Assembly: GCF_006345805.1 (NCBI RefSeq)
Contig: NC_043008.1
Location: forward strand, 39,122,001 to 39,186,000
Reading direction: 5' to 3'
Source of the DNA: Octopus sinensis
Lineage: Eukaryota
DNA length: 64,000 nucleotides
The notes under the pieces were generated by a model. The model did not search any database. It saw only the letters and a list, made by a program, of their open reading frames with translations, and had not been told where the DNA came from. The position numbers and the translations under genes were made by a program. Shown one piece after another: positions 49,052 to 63,500 of the stretch. Position 1 is the stretch's first letter. Every line of letters begins with the position of its first letter.

Positions 49052-49800
49052 TACAGTGTAATTGAAAAATAAATCCCTATTGAAAAATACTTGTAATTTA
49101 TTTATTAACTATAATTTTTTTAGAAAAAATTAATATGTGAAGAAAGTGTATAGTATGGAGGTTTATTTAAAATTCGATATAGGCACTAGCATTCGCCACC
49201 AGCTTCTCAAGCCACCCCGGAAGCGCATCATCTGATTTCATCAGGAATTCTTGTGGGATGGAAGACATAACTTTTCGTATTTGCCCTTCAAGTCCTTCCA
49301 AAGTCGTTGGTTTGGTAGAGTAGACTTGTTCCTTTAACCAACCCCAAAGAAAAATGTCGCTGAGTGTTCATTCAGGGCTTCTGGCCGGTCAATCATGCAG
49401 ACCTCAACGACACATCCATCTCCCAGGGAAGAGAGCATTTAGCCATTTACGAAAAAAATATAGCAAAATGTAGAGGAGAGCCATCTTGCATAAAAATCAC
49501 AAATATTGATAACTGGCCAGATTTCACCTTGCAGCACGGTGAGATGCCTTTCAGAATACATGGCATTGCAAAGGGTGGAAGGCCTCACAATCCTGTCCGA
49601 AGTCATTCCACAACATAACATTACCTTGGGTCGATTCTGCATTTTTTCAGAGGTAATATAAGGATCTTCTCCTGCCCAGTAGTTGCAATTGTGACGGTTC
49701 ACAAACCCACCGATGTAGAATACCGCTTCATCACCTCAGAGGATATTTTTAGAGATCAGACCATGTTTGTAGGGCTTCCAACTTTCACACAAAATAATCG
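49052..49800 (-). mobile_element. Tc1/mariner-superfamily transposase remnant
   Basis: NRHNCNYWAGEDP...KVMLCCG, then FFLWGWLKEQVYSTKPTTLE. TIR-like TACAGTGTAATTGAAAAATAAATCCC at 49052. Confidence 0.75.
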
Positions 49801-49854
49801 AGCTGAAAGAAAAAAACAACAACATAGAATCAATTCCATATTCAAGAAATGAAG

Positions 49855-49980
49855 AATTATGTACGTTATTTACATTATTTATATTTGACGGATGTTTGTC
49901 CTCATCATGTTTCGGCTAATCAGGTGTCTTGGGGAAATTTCGAACCTGGGTTCTCATTCCTAAGGTATTTTTCGATATTA
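49855..49980 (-). mobile_element. Penelope-type tail (left arm of a large nested fold-back)
   Basis: Same family as 30385-30540 and 41172-41325, with the ribozyme stem II deleted. Confidence 0.75.
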
Positions 49981-50003
49981 TTATTATTATTATTTTATTA
50001 TTA

Positions 50004-50764
<761 letters not shown>

Positions 50765-50786
50765 TATTATTATTATTATTATTATT

Positions 50787-51344
50787 GAGGGAGAGAGCAG
50801 TTCATGCCATCAAAGTGACACTGGGGTAAAATATACGAAGCCCAATGTACCCATCATGACTACCCGTCTGATAAGGGTACACCAGGCACATGCATCACAA
50901 CCATATATGCGCGACATGGTGATCTCATATCAAGATAAACAGCACATGACCTTGCAGGTGGGGCCCAGTTAGAATTTTCTTCAGGTTGAGTAGCCCATTC
51001 CGCTCAAACGGTCTCTGAATAAGGGTTGTTTAAGGATATTGAAAGAACCACCCATGTTTCCAGAGCTGAATTATTCAAACCCAAAAGAATCCCTCTCAAC
51101 ACATGGCTATGATGCTCCCCCACTACTTCTACTCGTGATCAGAGATGCACATATCGTCAGCCACTAAGGGACAGGCTCAACTGGTTAAGGTCAAACAACT
51201 GACAAGCAAATCTGTGGTATTGAGCAGAATATTTACTGTAGCCCATCTTTTATACCAAGACAAAACAATGTACATGATAACACTTCCAATCAGTTAAGAT
51301 CAGAAGCCATGAGAGCCACTGCCTGGTACTGCATCAGGGCATTT
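50787..51344 (-). mobile_element. ~555-bp TAA-inserted element, copy 3 (full length)
   Basis: Near-identical to 18173-18730. Confidence 0.85.
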
Positions 51345-51395
51345 ATTATCATTATTATTATTATTATTATTGTTATTATTATTATTATTATTATT

Positions 51396-51918
51396 GAGTG
51401 AGAGAGCAGTGCATGCCATCAAAGTGACACTGGGGTAAAATATACGAAGCCCAATATACCCATCATGACTACCCGTCTGATAAAGGTACACCAGGTACAT
51501 GCATCACAACCATATGTGCGCGACATGGTGATCTCATATCAAGATAAACAGCACATGACCTTGCAGGTGGGGCCCAGTTAGAATTTTCTTCAGGTTGAGT
51601 AGCCCGTCCCGCTCAAAAGGTCTCTGAATAAGGGGTGTTTAAGGATGTTGAAAGAACCACCCATGTTTCCAGAGCTGAATTATTCAAACCCAAAAGAATC
51701 CCTCTCAACACATGGCTATGATGCCCCCCACTACTTCTACTCGTGATCAGAGATGCACATATCGTTAGCCACTAAGGGACAGGTTCAACTGGTTATGGTC
51801 AAACAACTGACACGCAAATCTATGGTATTGAGCAGAATATTTGCTGTAGCCCATCTGTTATACCAAGACAAAACAATGTGCATGATAACACTTCCAATCA
51901 GTTAAGATCAGAAGCCAT
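51396..51918 (-). mobile_element. ~555-bp TAA-inserted element, copy 4 (about 35 nt shorter)
   Basis: Near-identical to 18173-18730. Confidence 0.85.
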
Positions 51919-51943
51919 TATTATTATTATTATCATTATTATT

Positions 51944-54900
51944 CAGTAGTTTTATTTTTATAGCGTGCTTTCACTTCACTACCGAGCGCAGCTCTGTGTG
52001 CCTTGGGTATGTGCTGTGATTTGTTGTGATGCTCTGATGGTAATTGTATGGAAAGTGTTCTGCGTAGGATGTGTGCAGTGCCTAGTAGTGCAATTTTCTG
52101 TATGTTATATGTGTTTGTAAGCCCTGGTGTTTTTTGTTACGTATTTGTCTGAATATTTATTATTATTATTTTTATTATCATTGAGAATGGTTGCTTTCTC
52201 GTTTTCTGTGACCTTTTCTGGTGTGTGCCTATACTATCTTTTTTCTGTTGTTATTCCATAATGTTGGCATAGCTTCCAATGTATGTAGGTTCCAACTCTG
52301 TCATGTCTGTGAATATATTCCTTCTTAGCCAGGACTGGGCAGCTAGAGATAATATGATTTATTGTTTCTTGTCCATCTCCACATATTCTGCAGTTACTTG
52401 TAATATTTCTTTTCATTACATGTTTTTGATAATTTCTGGTGGGGAGGCTTTGGTATTGTGCTGCAATTAAAAAACCCTCTGTTTCTGCTTTGAGTCCTGA
52501 GCTTCTCAGCCATTGCTGGGATTTTTCTTTGTCTATTTCTTTTGCGTTTAGTTTAGTCCAGTAGTTACCATGAAGGGGCTTTTCTTGCCATCGTTTTATC
52601 ATGGTTCGTTGCTGTTCTATTTTTAGTTTGGATTTCATTTGTTTTATAGCTTTTGTTGTTTCTTCATCTTCTTATTCTTCTTCTTTATTAGGTGGTATGA
52701 TTTCTTGTTTGTATTTGTCAGCTTCCTTAAATACTGAGAACAGTTTTTTGTTTTGCTCGTGTTTTGCCGCTATCTGGATCAGTTTTCCTTCCTTCTGAAG
52801 TAGATATTTTTGCAGTCCTATGGTGGTTATTTTATAGTAGTTTTCCAGCTGTATAAGGCCTCTACCACCTTCTATACGTTGTATATATAGTCTTTCTATG
52901 TCAGATTTTGGGTGATGCATCCTAGATCCTGTCATTATTTTTGTTGTTTTCCTATCTATTTTCGTCAGTTCATTTCGTGTCCAGTTAAGGATATTGTAGC
53001 TGTAACTTATAACTGGGACAGCTAAAGTGTTGATACCTATTATCTTGTTTTTAGCATTGAGCTCTGTGTTTAGTATTGATCTAACTCGTCTATAATATTC
53101 TTTTTTTATTTTCTCTTTCATTTGTGTGTGTTGTGTCTTATCTAGTTCATGGATTCCTAAGTATTTGTAAGTTTGGCTTTGGTCTAATTCTTTTATTTCA
53201 TTGGTTTTATCTAGTGTGATGTTGCTACTCTTAACTAGTTTTCCTCTTTTCATGGTTACTTTGGCGCATTTTTCTAATTCAAATTTCATATCTATTTCTT
53301 TGGTAAATCCATGAACTGTCTTTAATAGTGTTTCCAGCTGTTTGTCATTTGCAGCGTATAGTTTTAGGTCATCCATATATAAAAGGTGGCTGATCGTTTT
53401 GCCGAAACATTTATATTCGCATCCAGTTCTATTTAGCATATCAGATAGAGGTGACAGTGCCAAGCAGAAAAGGAGTGGAGAGAGCGTGTCTCCCTGGAAT
53501 ATTCCTCTTCTGATGGGGATGGCTTTGGTTTTCATGAGTCCCTTTTTTGTTTGGAGCTGTAGCACTGTTTGCCATTTATTCATAGAGTGCCCTATGAATT
53601 TTATAATTGTTGGTGCTACTTTGTTAATGGCTAGTGTTTCGAGGATCCATGTGTGGGGGATGCTATCAAACGCCTTTTTGTAGTCGATCCAGGCCATACT
53701 GAGGCATTTCTTCTTTCTGTGGCTGTCTTCAGTTATGGCTTTATTAATCATTAGTTGATCTTTACAGCCATATGAGCCTTTGCGGCATCCTTTCTGCTCT
53801 TCTGGGAACAGATTGTTTTCGTCCAGGTGCTTGTTCAGCCTTTGTGATATCACTGCAGTAAATGCCTTGAACATAGTAGGCAGGCAGGTTATTGGTCTGT
53901 AGTTTTCTGGTTTTTCTGTTTCATTTGATTTGGGAATTAAGATGGTTTTCCCCTTCGTGAGCCATTCAGGCATTGTCTCTGGCTCTGCTAGTACGTTGAT
54001 AAAGTTTTCAGCCAGCTTTTTGTGCATTCCTGTTAGATATTTCAACTAGAAGTTGGGGATCTTGTCATGCCCAGGTGCCTTCCAGTTGCTTAGTCTTTGC
54101 AGTGCCTGGGTGACCTCTTCAGTTGTTATGGGGGTCCAAAGTTGTTCAGACGCCGAGTTTGTTATTTTGATACTCCTTTTTTTTGGTGGTTCGTTCGCCG
54201 ACCATATTTCTCTCCAGAATTCTTCCACTTCTTCTGCCGTTGGTGCTGCAGTGACTTCTATTTTATTTTTGCCCAGTTCTTGACAAGTTCTTGGTAGAAC
54301 TTTTTGGGGTTGGAGTTGAACTTTTTGTTTTGTTCAAAGAAGCGTTGGCGTTTCTTGTACCGGCGGATCCTTTGTGCTTTGGCAAGGATATCTTGCTTCA
54401 GCTTTTCTTTTATTTCAGGCAAATCTTTCTCTGTGATGTTATATTTGCGGAGTATTTTCGTTCTCTTTTTGTTGCTCAGTAGCGTTGATTGTTTGCTGAT
54501 TTCATTAAGAATCGACAGGTCTTTTCTAATTTTTTTTATTTTGTTTTGGATGTTATTTATCCATAGGGTTTGTTTGGGTGGTGGTACTCCTGTTTGGGCG
54601 GGTTTGGGTGAGTATCCAGCTTCTTTCGTGGCTGCAGTGGCTGCTGCGTATATTAGGTTATTTAGCTCAGTGATATCACTTTTTTTTTATTCAGTGGCTA
54701 TCAGTTCAGTGACGGCTAGGTTTATGCTGTTTATAATAGGTGTTGTTATTTCGTTTATTTTGATTCTTGGGAGGTATGGTCGTTGGTCCATTTTGAGCTC
54801 TGTGGTTTTCAGTTCTTTGATTATTTTATTTTTTATATTATCATAATCATTAGGCTCCCCTTCGTTGTTTACATCGTGTTTGTTGGGAATGTTGCGTTTG

Positions 54901-55798
54901 TCTTCGTATTTTACAGTTTCAGTGTTTATATTATTGGGCATTGTTGTGTGGCTTCTATCTACATTTTCCTGGTGTATGTTTTCTTTTAGGTGTTCTATTT
55001 CTATTTCTGATATTTTTTTGTGTTGAGAATGTATCTTCGTACGTTAGCTAATTTATTAGGGTTCATTGCTGTATCCAAGTCTATATCTCTATTATTTTCC
55101 TTCCATATTTTATATGTATGTGTTGTTGTATTTTCATTTTTTGGGTAGAGTATCGCTGTGAAGTATGCGTGTAAGATAGAAATGTATTCCTCACGTGTCC
55201 ATTTACGTGTTTTGGGTTTTATTTGCGGGACATGAGGTACAACGTCCGGCCCATTATTTTGACGGTCGTCATTTTCGTAGGGTACCGGTCCGTTCATTTC
55301 TGTTGTCACATTATTTCGCACGTGTAGTTTTTCGTACATTTTTTGTTGTAAGTTTAATGTACGTACTGCTCGATTTTTATTCTTGGGTTGAATAGTATCG
55401 GTGGCATTTAATTTCTTCGTAGTTCCTTTGTACATTGTGTTTGGGGTCGGGGATGATCGTGATGTTTCACGCATGTTTACATGTGTTGCGTTAGAGGTGG
55501 AGATGAAATCGAGTCAAAATACATCATTTCGTTTCGAAAATAGTAATAAATTTCAATTAGTATTACTTACTCGGATACAGTCCAATTCTCTGTTAGTAAA
55601 ACTTTGGCTCCATAGGATGTCCTTGTTTTCGATGTTTGTGGATAGGTTTCGGAGCTCTGAATTTTCCTTTTTACATCTTAAACGTTCCCCGGTGTTCTCC
55701 TTAAACGTTCCCCGGTGTTCTCCCTTAAACGTTCCCCGGTGTTCTCCTCTGAATTTTCCTTCTTACATCTTAAACGTTCCCCGGTGTTCTCCTTAAAC

Positions 55799-55800
<2 letters not shown>
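51944..55800 (-). mobile_element. Near full-length R4/Dong-like retrotransposon (copy E, same family as 14009-18123)
   Basis: RT ORF 52672-54045 (457 aa), zinc-knuckle ORF 52234-52638, N-terminal pieces 54687-55474. The 3' UTR matches copy C; both ends lie in (TAA)n. Confidence 0.92.
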
Positions 55801-55857
<57 letters not shown>

Positions 55858-55876
55858 CATCATCATTATTATTATT

Positions 55877-56049
55877 GTTCAGGTCACTGCTTGTAATCGA
55901 ACTCGGAATCTTAGAGTAGTGGTTAGGAGTGCGGGCTACTGAGCCCAAGATTCCGAGTTCGATTCCAAGCAGTGACCTGAATAATAATAATAATAATAAT
56001 AACAACAATAATAATAAATAATAATAATAATAATATAATAATAATAATA

Positions 56050-56127
<78 letters not shown>

Positions 56128-56416
56128 GGAGGAGGAGGAGGAGGAGGAGGAGGAGAGGAGGAGGAGGAGGAGGAGGAGGACGATGATGATGACAACATCG
56201 AAAAATATCTTAGAAATGAGAACCCAGGTTCGAAATTTCCCCAAAACACCTGATTAAGGCTGGAGGGTATATCAGCCGAAATGTTGTGTTAACAACCAAC
56301 AAAATGAGGACAAATATCCGTCAAATATAAATAATGTAGGAATTTTAAAATAGGGAGTTATTTTTCAACCATCTTGTATACACACACACACACACACACC
56401 ACACACACACACACAC

Positions 56417-56451
<35 letters not shown>

Positions 56452-57064
56452 TACGCACACGCACGTACACACTTACAAATATACGTATACATGCATATAT
56501 GTACACACGCATGCACCTGTGCGCAGACACATATATACGCACACACATAAACACGCACAAACACACACAAACACACACATTCTGTAGAGATCGACTCTGA
56601 GAGGGAGTAATTCACTGCGAGGCGGCAATTTTGTTTGTTTAATATTCTTGCACCATAAGTTTCTCTCGAATATATACTCAATTCTTCAAACTGGATCAGA
56701 ATGATGGATGACGACAGCATGGCGAGAAAGTGGCATAAACTAAACTCAAGATAACGAATTGTCAACAATCGAATAATTGACAAGGGATGAAAATATATAT
56801 AAAGAAATGAAAAACATTCAGGGGCTCTGGCAGTCGAATGAAGAAGGAACATATCAGAATAAATATAGCACCCGAATATCTGTCCATATATATTTTGGTT
56901 AGTGCATTGCACACTTTGCGTTGGGATGCATTTACTGGTGTCCATACGTATACATGAATAGCTGTATGTTATAGATGAATATATTTATGAATAAACAACT
57001 GAACGTGTATTACCGCATTCCTATGTTCATTCAGGAGTATAAGGCGTCCACTACACTTAATAGC

Positions 57065-57095
<31 letters not shown>

Positions 57096-57244
57096 CATCA
57101 TCATTATTATTATTGTTCAGGTCACTGCTTGTAATCGAACTCGGAATCTTAGAGTAGTGGTTAGGAGTGCGGGCTACTGAGCCCAAGATTCCGAGTTCGA
57201 TTCCAAGCAGTGACCTGAATAATAATAATAATAATAATAACAAC

Positions 57245-57328
<84 letters not shown>

Positions 57329-57329
57329 A

Positions 57330-57372
<43 letters not shown>

Positions 57373-57602
57373 GGAGGAGGAGGAGAGGAGGAGGAGGAGG
57401 AGAGGACGATGATGATGACAACATCGAAAAATATCTTAGAAATGAGAACCCAGGTTCGAAATTTCCCCAAAACACCTGATTAAGGCTGGAGGGTATATCA
57501 GCCGAAATGTTGTGTTAACAACCAACAAAATGAGGACAAATATCCGTCAAATATAAATAATGTAGGAATTTTAAAATAGGGAGTTATTTTTCAACCATCT
57601 TG

Positions 57603-57666
<64 letters not shown>

Positions 57667-58276
57667 CGCACACGCACGTACACACTTACAAATATACGTA
57701 TACATGCATATATGTACACACGCATGCACCTGTGCGCAGACACATATATACGCACACACATAAACACGCACAAACACACACAAACACACACATTCTGTAG
57801 AGATCGACTCTGAGAGGGAGTAATTCACTGCGAGGCGGCAATTTTGTTTGTTTAATATTCTTGCACCATAAGTTTCTCTCGAATATATACTCAATTCTTC
57901 AAACTGGATCAGAATGATGGATGACGACAGCATGGCGAGAAAGTGGCATAAACTAACTCAAGATAACGAATTGTCAACAATCGAATAATTGACAAGGGAT
58001 GAAAATATATATAAAGAAATGAAAAACATTCAGGGGCTCTGGCAGTCGAATGAAGAAGGAACATATCAGAATAAATATAGCACCCGAATATCTGTCCATA
58101 TATATTTTGGTTAGTGCATTGCACACTTTGCGTTGGGATGCATTTACTGGTGTCCATACGTATACATGAATAGCTGTATGTTATAGATGAATATATTTAT
58201 GAATAAACAACTGAACGTGTATTACCGCATTCCTATGTTCATTCAGGAGTATAAGGCGTCCACTACACTTAATAGC

Positions 58277-58278
<2 letters not shown>
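55877..58278. repeat. Near-identical tandem duplication of a ~1.2-kb unit (55877-57066 and 57115-58278)
   Basis: The units differ mainly in microsatellite length and single-base indels. Each holds a tRNA-like hairpin head, a Penelope-type tail and a unique ~600-bp segment. Confidence 0.92.
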
Positions 58279-58361
<83 letters not shown>

Positions 58362-58368
58362 CATCATC

Positions 58369-58403
<35 letters not shown>

Positions 58404-58449
58404 ATTATTATTATTATTATTATTATTACTATTATTATTATTATCATCG

Positions 58450-58529
<80 letters not shown>

Positions 58530-58650
58530 TTATGTTTGACTATTATTCTATGTTTACATTTGTACAAGTTGGCTCCAAGTCTCACCCAGAAACCTCAAGA
58601 GACAAGTTGGAAGTTCATGTTGGTGTTATGCCTAGGGTGCCATATATTTG
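58530..58650 (-). mobile_element. 3' stub of a further TAA-inserted R4-like family
   Basis: GTACAAGTTGGCTCCAAGTCTCACCCAGA.ACCTCAAGAGACAA is shared with 30622-30707; both abut (TTA)n. Confidence 0.6.
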
Positions 58651-58694
58651 GTTTTGTACTTAGTGTTGTACTAGTGAATGTCTAAAAAAACATA

Positions 58695-58728
<34 letters not shown>

Positions 58729-58751
58729 CATCATTATCATCATCATCATTA

Positions 58752-58800
<49 letters not shown>

Positions 58801-58879
58801 GTTGTTGTTGCTGTTGTTGTTGTTATCATTATTAAATATATTTATTATTAAATCTGCGTTATAAGCCTGTCCGCTGCAA

Positions 58880-59150
58880 CAAAGTCCACCTGCCACACTT
58901 CTTGTTCCATCACCACCCCTTCAAGGTCCTGGATACATTGCAGGCCAGTGTCCGACCAGTTTCTCACCCTGCAGCTATTGAACCAGTCAACGCATTTCCC
59001 TCAAATAATAGCCATCCCTGTTTATCTATCTCAAAATTTAACTCTATAGCCTTCATACAAACTAACTCAAAGGCCATCCTTCACATACTACCTAAACCAC
59101 CCTTCACCCTTCCTGCCACCTTCGACCTCTACTACTATCACTAGCCTCAT
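58880..59150 (-). mobile_element. RTE-like LINE 3' fragment (decayed)
   Basis: The minus strand reads like VEGGR.KG...W...VKDGL...DKQGW, resembling the RTE C-terminus. Confidence 0.45.
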
Positions 59151-59527
59151 TATTAACCCTAACCCTGAAATCTATTTTCTCTCCCCACTACTTTCTACCT
59201 AAACACCCTCAACTCCTCTTTAACATACAATTAGTTCTCCGCAAATTCTTTCTATCCTTAATCTCCGTTCAGTCAACGCTTCAAATGTAAAACTCTGCCC
59301 TGAATATTGAGGCTGGTGGGATCCGATGATGGAATAAAGTTGCAAGTATTATTTTCGACCACCAAAACCCCAGAAACAACTGTTTCGTAAAACAACTGAC
59401 TCGTAAAACCCCTACTCAACCCACTTAATTCCTGATGTCATTTCCATTTTGAGTAAGTCGGACTATTTTTTTTTATATGTATACATATAGATAACACAAA
59501 ATTCATCCTTCACATACTACCTAAACC

Positions 59528-59625
59528 GTACTAGCTATGGCGGTACGTATTCTAAAATTGGGAACATTAGCATGTCTCCTGTGCAAGGATGACACGCAAA
59601 TTCGTGAAGCGTTCCATACATTTTT
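59528..59625 (+). pseudogene. U6: U6 snRNA pseudogene lacking the ACAGAGA box
   Basis: GTACTAGCTATGGCGGTAC-GTATTCTAAAATTGGGAAC-[GATACAGAGAAG absent]-ATTAGCATG...GCAAGGATGACACGCAAATTCGTGAAGCGTTCCATA-CATTTTT aligns end to end with the metazoan U6 consensus. Confidence 0.92.
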
Positions 59626-59626
59626 A

Positions 59627-60037
59627 TAGGCGTAGGAGTGGCTGTGTGGTAAGTAGCTTGCTTACCAACCACATGGTTCCGGGTTCAGTCCCACAGCGTG
59701 GTACCTTGGACAAGTGTCTTCTACTATAGCCTCGAGTCGACCAAAGCCTTGCGAGTGGATTTGGTAGACGGAAACTGAAAGAAGCCCGTCGTATATATGT
59801 TTGTATGTGTGTGTGTGGTGTGTGTTTGAGTGTCTGTGTTTGTCCCCCCAACATCGATTGACAACCGATGCTGGTGTGTTTGCGTACCTGTAACTTAGCG
59901 GTTCGGCAAAAAGAGACCGATAGAATAAGTACTAGGCTTACAAAGAATTCGTCCTGGGGTCGATTTGCTCGACTAAAGGTGGTGCTCCAGCATGGCCACA
60001 GTTAAATGACTGAAACAAGCAAAAGAGTAAAAGAGTA
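59627..60037 (+). mobile_element. SINE family A, directly abutting the U6 3' end
   Basis: Full-length match to 4613-5010. Confidence 0.9.
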
Positions 60038-60479
60038 TGTGTACATTTTTGTATTTAGTGTATTTAATATTATTTGTATATCGACTTGAATACATGAGTG
60101 TGTGTGTGTGTTTGTATGTGTATGTGCGTGTGTGTGTGTGTGTTATATATTATACATTAACCCAACATTTGTTTTCCTCCCCTTTGATAATGATCACAAC
60201 AAGATAGTCATGTCCCCACTTGAAGAAAAGAAAGAAAAAAACAAATTGAATATGTCGATTTCGGTGGTGACACTTCAAAGGGTCGCCGCATAATCGCTGT
60301 CTGCCCTTTTTTCTTACTTTCATCATTTATATAACTTTCGGAATGCCGTAGACTGAAAGATAGGAATTCACCCTCAATTTTTTGTAAGAATTCATAAGAA
60401 TATTTTCTCAGGTGGCACCATTAAGGCCTGGTTCAAACCTTCCGATACCCGAAACCAAAAGGATCAGAGAAATGGAGAG

Positions 60480-60490
60480 GTATCAACTAA

Positions 60491-60530
<40 letters not shown>

Positions 60531-63500
60531 GTCTGAACCAGAAAAGAGCGATTAAGACTTGAAACTGAACTTAGACAACGTAGATTAGAAGGACAAGAAA
60601 TCCGACGTTTAAACGAAAATTTTGAAAATAGAGCTGAAAGACTAGAGCAAGGTCGATCGGGACATCAATACATTCGTTTCAATGAAGATTATGATTAATG
60701 GGCCGAAAGAGTAGAGCAACATGAAATGAGACAACAGCAAGTTCGTTTGAATGAAAATGAAGAACAGAAACGACTTAGATTAGAAGCTCAACCCCTTCGA
60801 AACCAGTACCGGCGATTTCGCAAACATCAAGATATTGATGTCTCTCTTGGAAAAATTAATCAAATTAGGCCCCATTGTAGAGCGTTCAAATTACCGGGAG
60901 AAACTGCCAAATGTTGCTGTATGAATGGGAAAGTCAATTTAGCACCCTTACCTGACTGACCACCAGAAATGAAAGGATTATTCGAAGGTCAGACAGATGT
61001 GGGAAAAAATTTCAGAAAAAATGCCAAGCAGTACAATAGCATTTTCCACTTGACATCTTTTAATTGCAGAGAGTCGGTAACCTGAGCATTACAGTCCCTC
61101 GGTCATAATACATGGACAAATTTACCATTTCCTGGGTCCACTAATTCCAGATGCCGATGAGAAAACCAAATTTGTTCAACGACATTTCTTGGACCCACAA
61201 GATTCAGTTCAACAAAGGATCAGAATTTTGAACAACGAAGTAGGGCTAGAAAGAAGAATCGTAAAACGAATTGAAATAGTTTTGAGAGAGAGAGAAATCC
61301 ATATATTGCTTCGTTCAAAATGACAAAGAAAATATTCAGGCACATGCCAGGGGCCCATACTTATTATTCCCGAGAGCCGAAGGCCAACTGGAGAGTATGA
61401 GAGGCGTTGGAATGCGCCAAATGCAAATGAAATCTGTTATTTTACCCAATGCAATTCAAGATGCATTCTCCAAGCATTAAATCTTTATTACAATCACGCG
61501 ATCTTACACAGATAGAGACATAACAAGACAGACAAATACAAGGAATGTTATATGAGTTCGAATGAGACTTAAAAATTTAGTTGTAATATGACATAAACGA
61601 AAACTTGGCTCACTTTTGCCTTTACAACGAGAATTTTTGTGCGTTTTCTTTTTAATAAAAATAGAAAACATTATATATGTTAAAACGAAAAAGGGGGAAA
61701 ATGCAGTTTCCAAATTTTGAACCCGGCAGCCTATAAGGCCCAGCAACTAACTTATCCCTTTCTTTGATGATTAAGCTGGGTTACTAACACCCACCTTTCT
61801 CATCACATCCTTCCAACGTTTCACATACTCTTTCTGTGGCGGTTTCCTCTTCTCCAACCCCAACTTGCTCTTCAGATGATATCTGAAGTAGTTTAACAAA
61901 CCGGGGCCAGAGACAAAGGACCCTGTCACAAAACCTTCCTCGAAACAGGATGTGTACTGACCACAATTTCGAAAACTCATCGTTCGTATGACCCATTGCA
62001 GTAAGTTCTCTTTTTTCCTAAAGGTAACAATAGGTGGCACATCAATTTGAATATGACTAACAATAAACGATTGACGATCGAGAAACATTATGTCTATAGA
62101 ATAAAGAATCATCAAAACGAATTCAATCATATTCTTCGAGGCGGCCGACTACTCCAGCGGTATTTGGTCGATCAGGCTGCAAGAATCGAATCTAATAACC
62201 TCTCCTATTTGATACAGCATCAAGCTGATTTAAGGAGTATAACATACAAGGGACTAACGGATGCCATGAATGACAATGATGATTTTAATGACGTTGGAAG
62301 ACAGATCTTACTTCCCTCAACATTTACTGGGGGGCCAAGATACATGACTGAATAGCAGATGTGTGTCACGGAAATTTCAAGGAGACACGCAACATTATCG
62401 TTGTTCATTACACTTACGTGTAATTCCAAATGGAAAGAAATTACTCAAAATCTTTTTTCTGGAAAGGTTGCATCTGACATGCCAGATATGATATTACAAG
62501 AGTTTTCCAACTGAAGAGACACGTGTTTATGGACTTGATTCTCAAGAGAAAACTTTGAGGTGAAGTCAAAGCACATATTCATACCACTGAATATCAAAAT
62601 CGCGGATTGCCTCATTTGCATGTCCATTTTTGATTGCTAAACAATATGAGACCAAATGAGATTGATGACTGTGTATTAGCAGAAATCCCAGACCCTGCAA
62701 CAAATAAGGAACTGCCTGATTTAGTCATTGCTCATATGATTCATAGACCATATTATAGTGCAGATTTTTCCTATGCTGGAAGAATGGATCATGTTCCAAG
62801 AGATTTCCCAAACAATACTTTCAAAATATTGTCTGTGGAAAAGATTCTTATCCTCTTCACAGTCGGAGAGCAGTTGCAATGGAAAACAATCAACAACAAT
62901 ATTATAATGAAACTCTTTTAAGAGCAGTCAAATGCCACTGCAACGTTGAAGTCGTCGCCTCATTGAGGTCAATTAAATATGTCATTAAGTACACGCTGAA
63001 AGGAAATGAGTAAGCTGGTGTTCAAATAAACAATGATAACGAAATTGATCAATATTTAATGGGTTGATACATTGAACCATCCGAAGCAGTTGCATCCATT
63101 TTTAGGATTTTTATTCATGAAAGCGCGCCTGCAATAGTGAGACTGCAGGGTAATCTACCAAAGGAACAAAGAATATTGCTCAGAAATAATGAGGATATGG
63201 ATGTCAATGAACGACATATGAGAACAACATTGACAGAATTCTTTTCATTGTACATCAATAATAACCTGTTGCTGAAGTACCCATGTATTTCACTTGGAAG
63301 AGAAGTAACAAAGAGTGTAAAGAAGAACGCGGGTGAAAAAAGGTCGAAAGCCATTTGAATGTTTGCAAAGAAAGAACACTTGATCATGCTTATGTTGTCA
63401 CACCAAAGGCAAGAGAACTGTACTATTTAGAAATGTTATTGCATGAAGTTCGTGGACCTGAATGTTTCGCCGTATTACGAAGGTAAAATGGGACGATCCT

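Noticed and set aside
56580-56700. NKQNCR motif suggesting a Tc1/mariner transposase in the duplicated unit
   Set aside because: Only six residues match, and the nearby TIR-like sequence points the other way.
59153-59166. Telomere-like (TAACCC)2
   Set aside because: Only two units; not an interstitial telomeric array.
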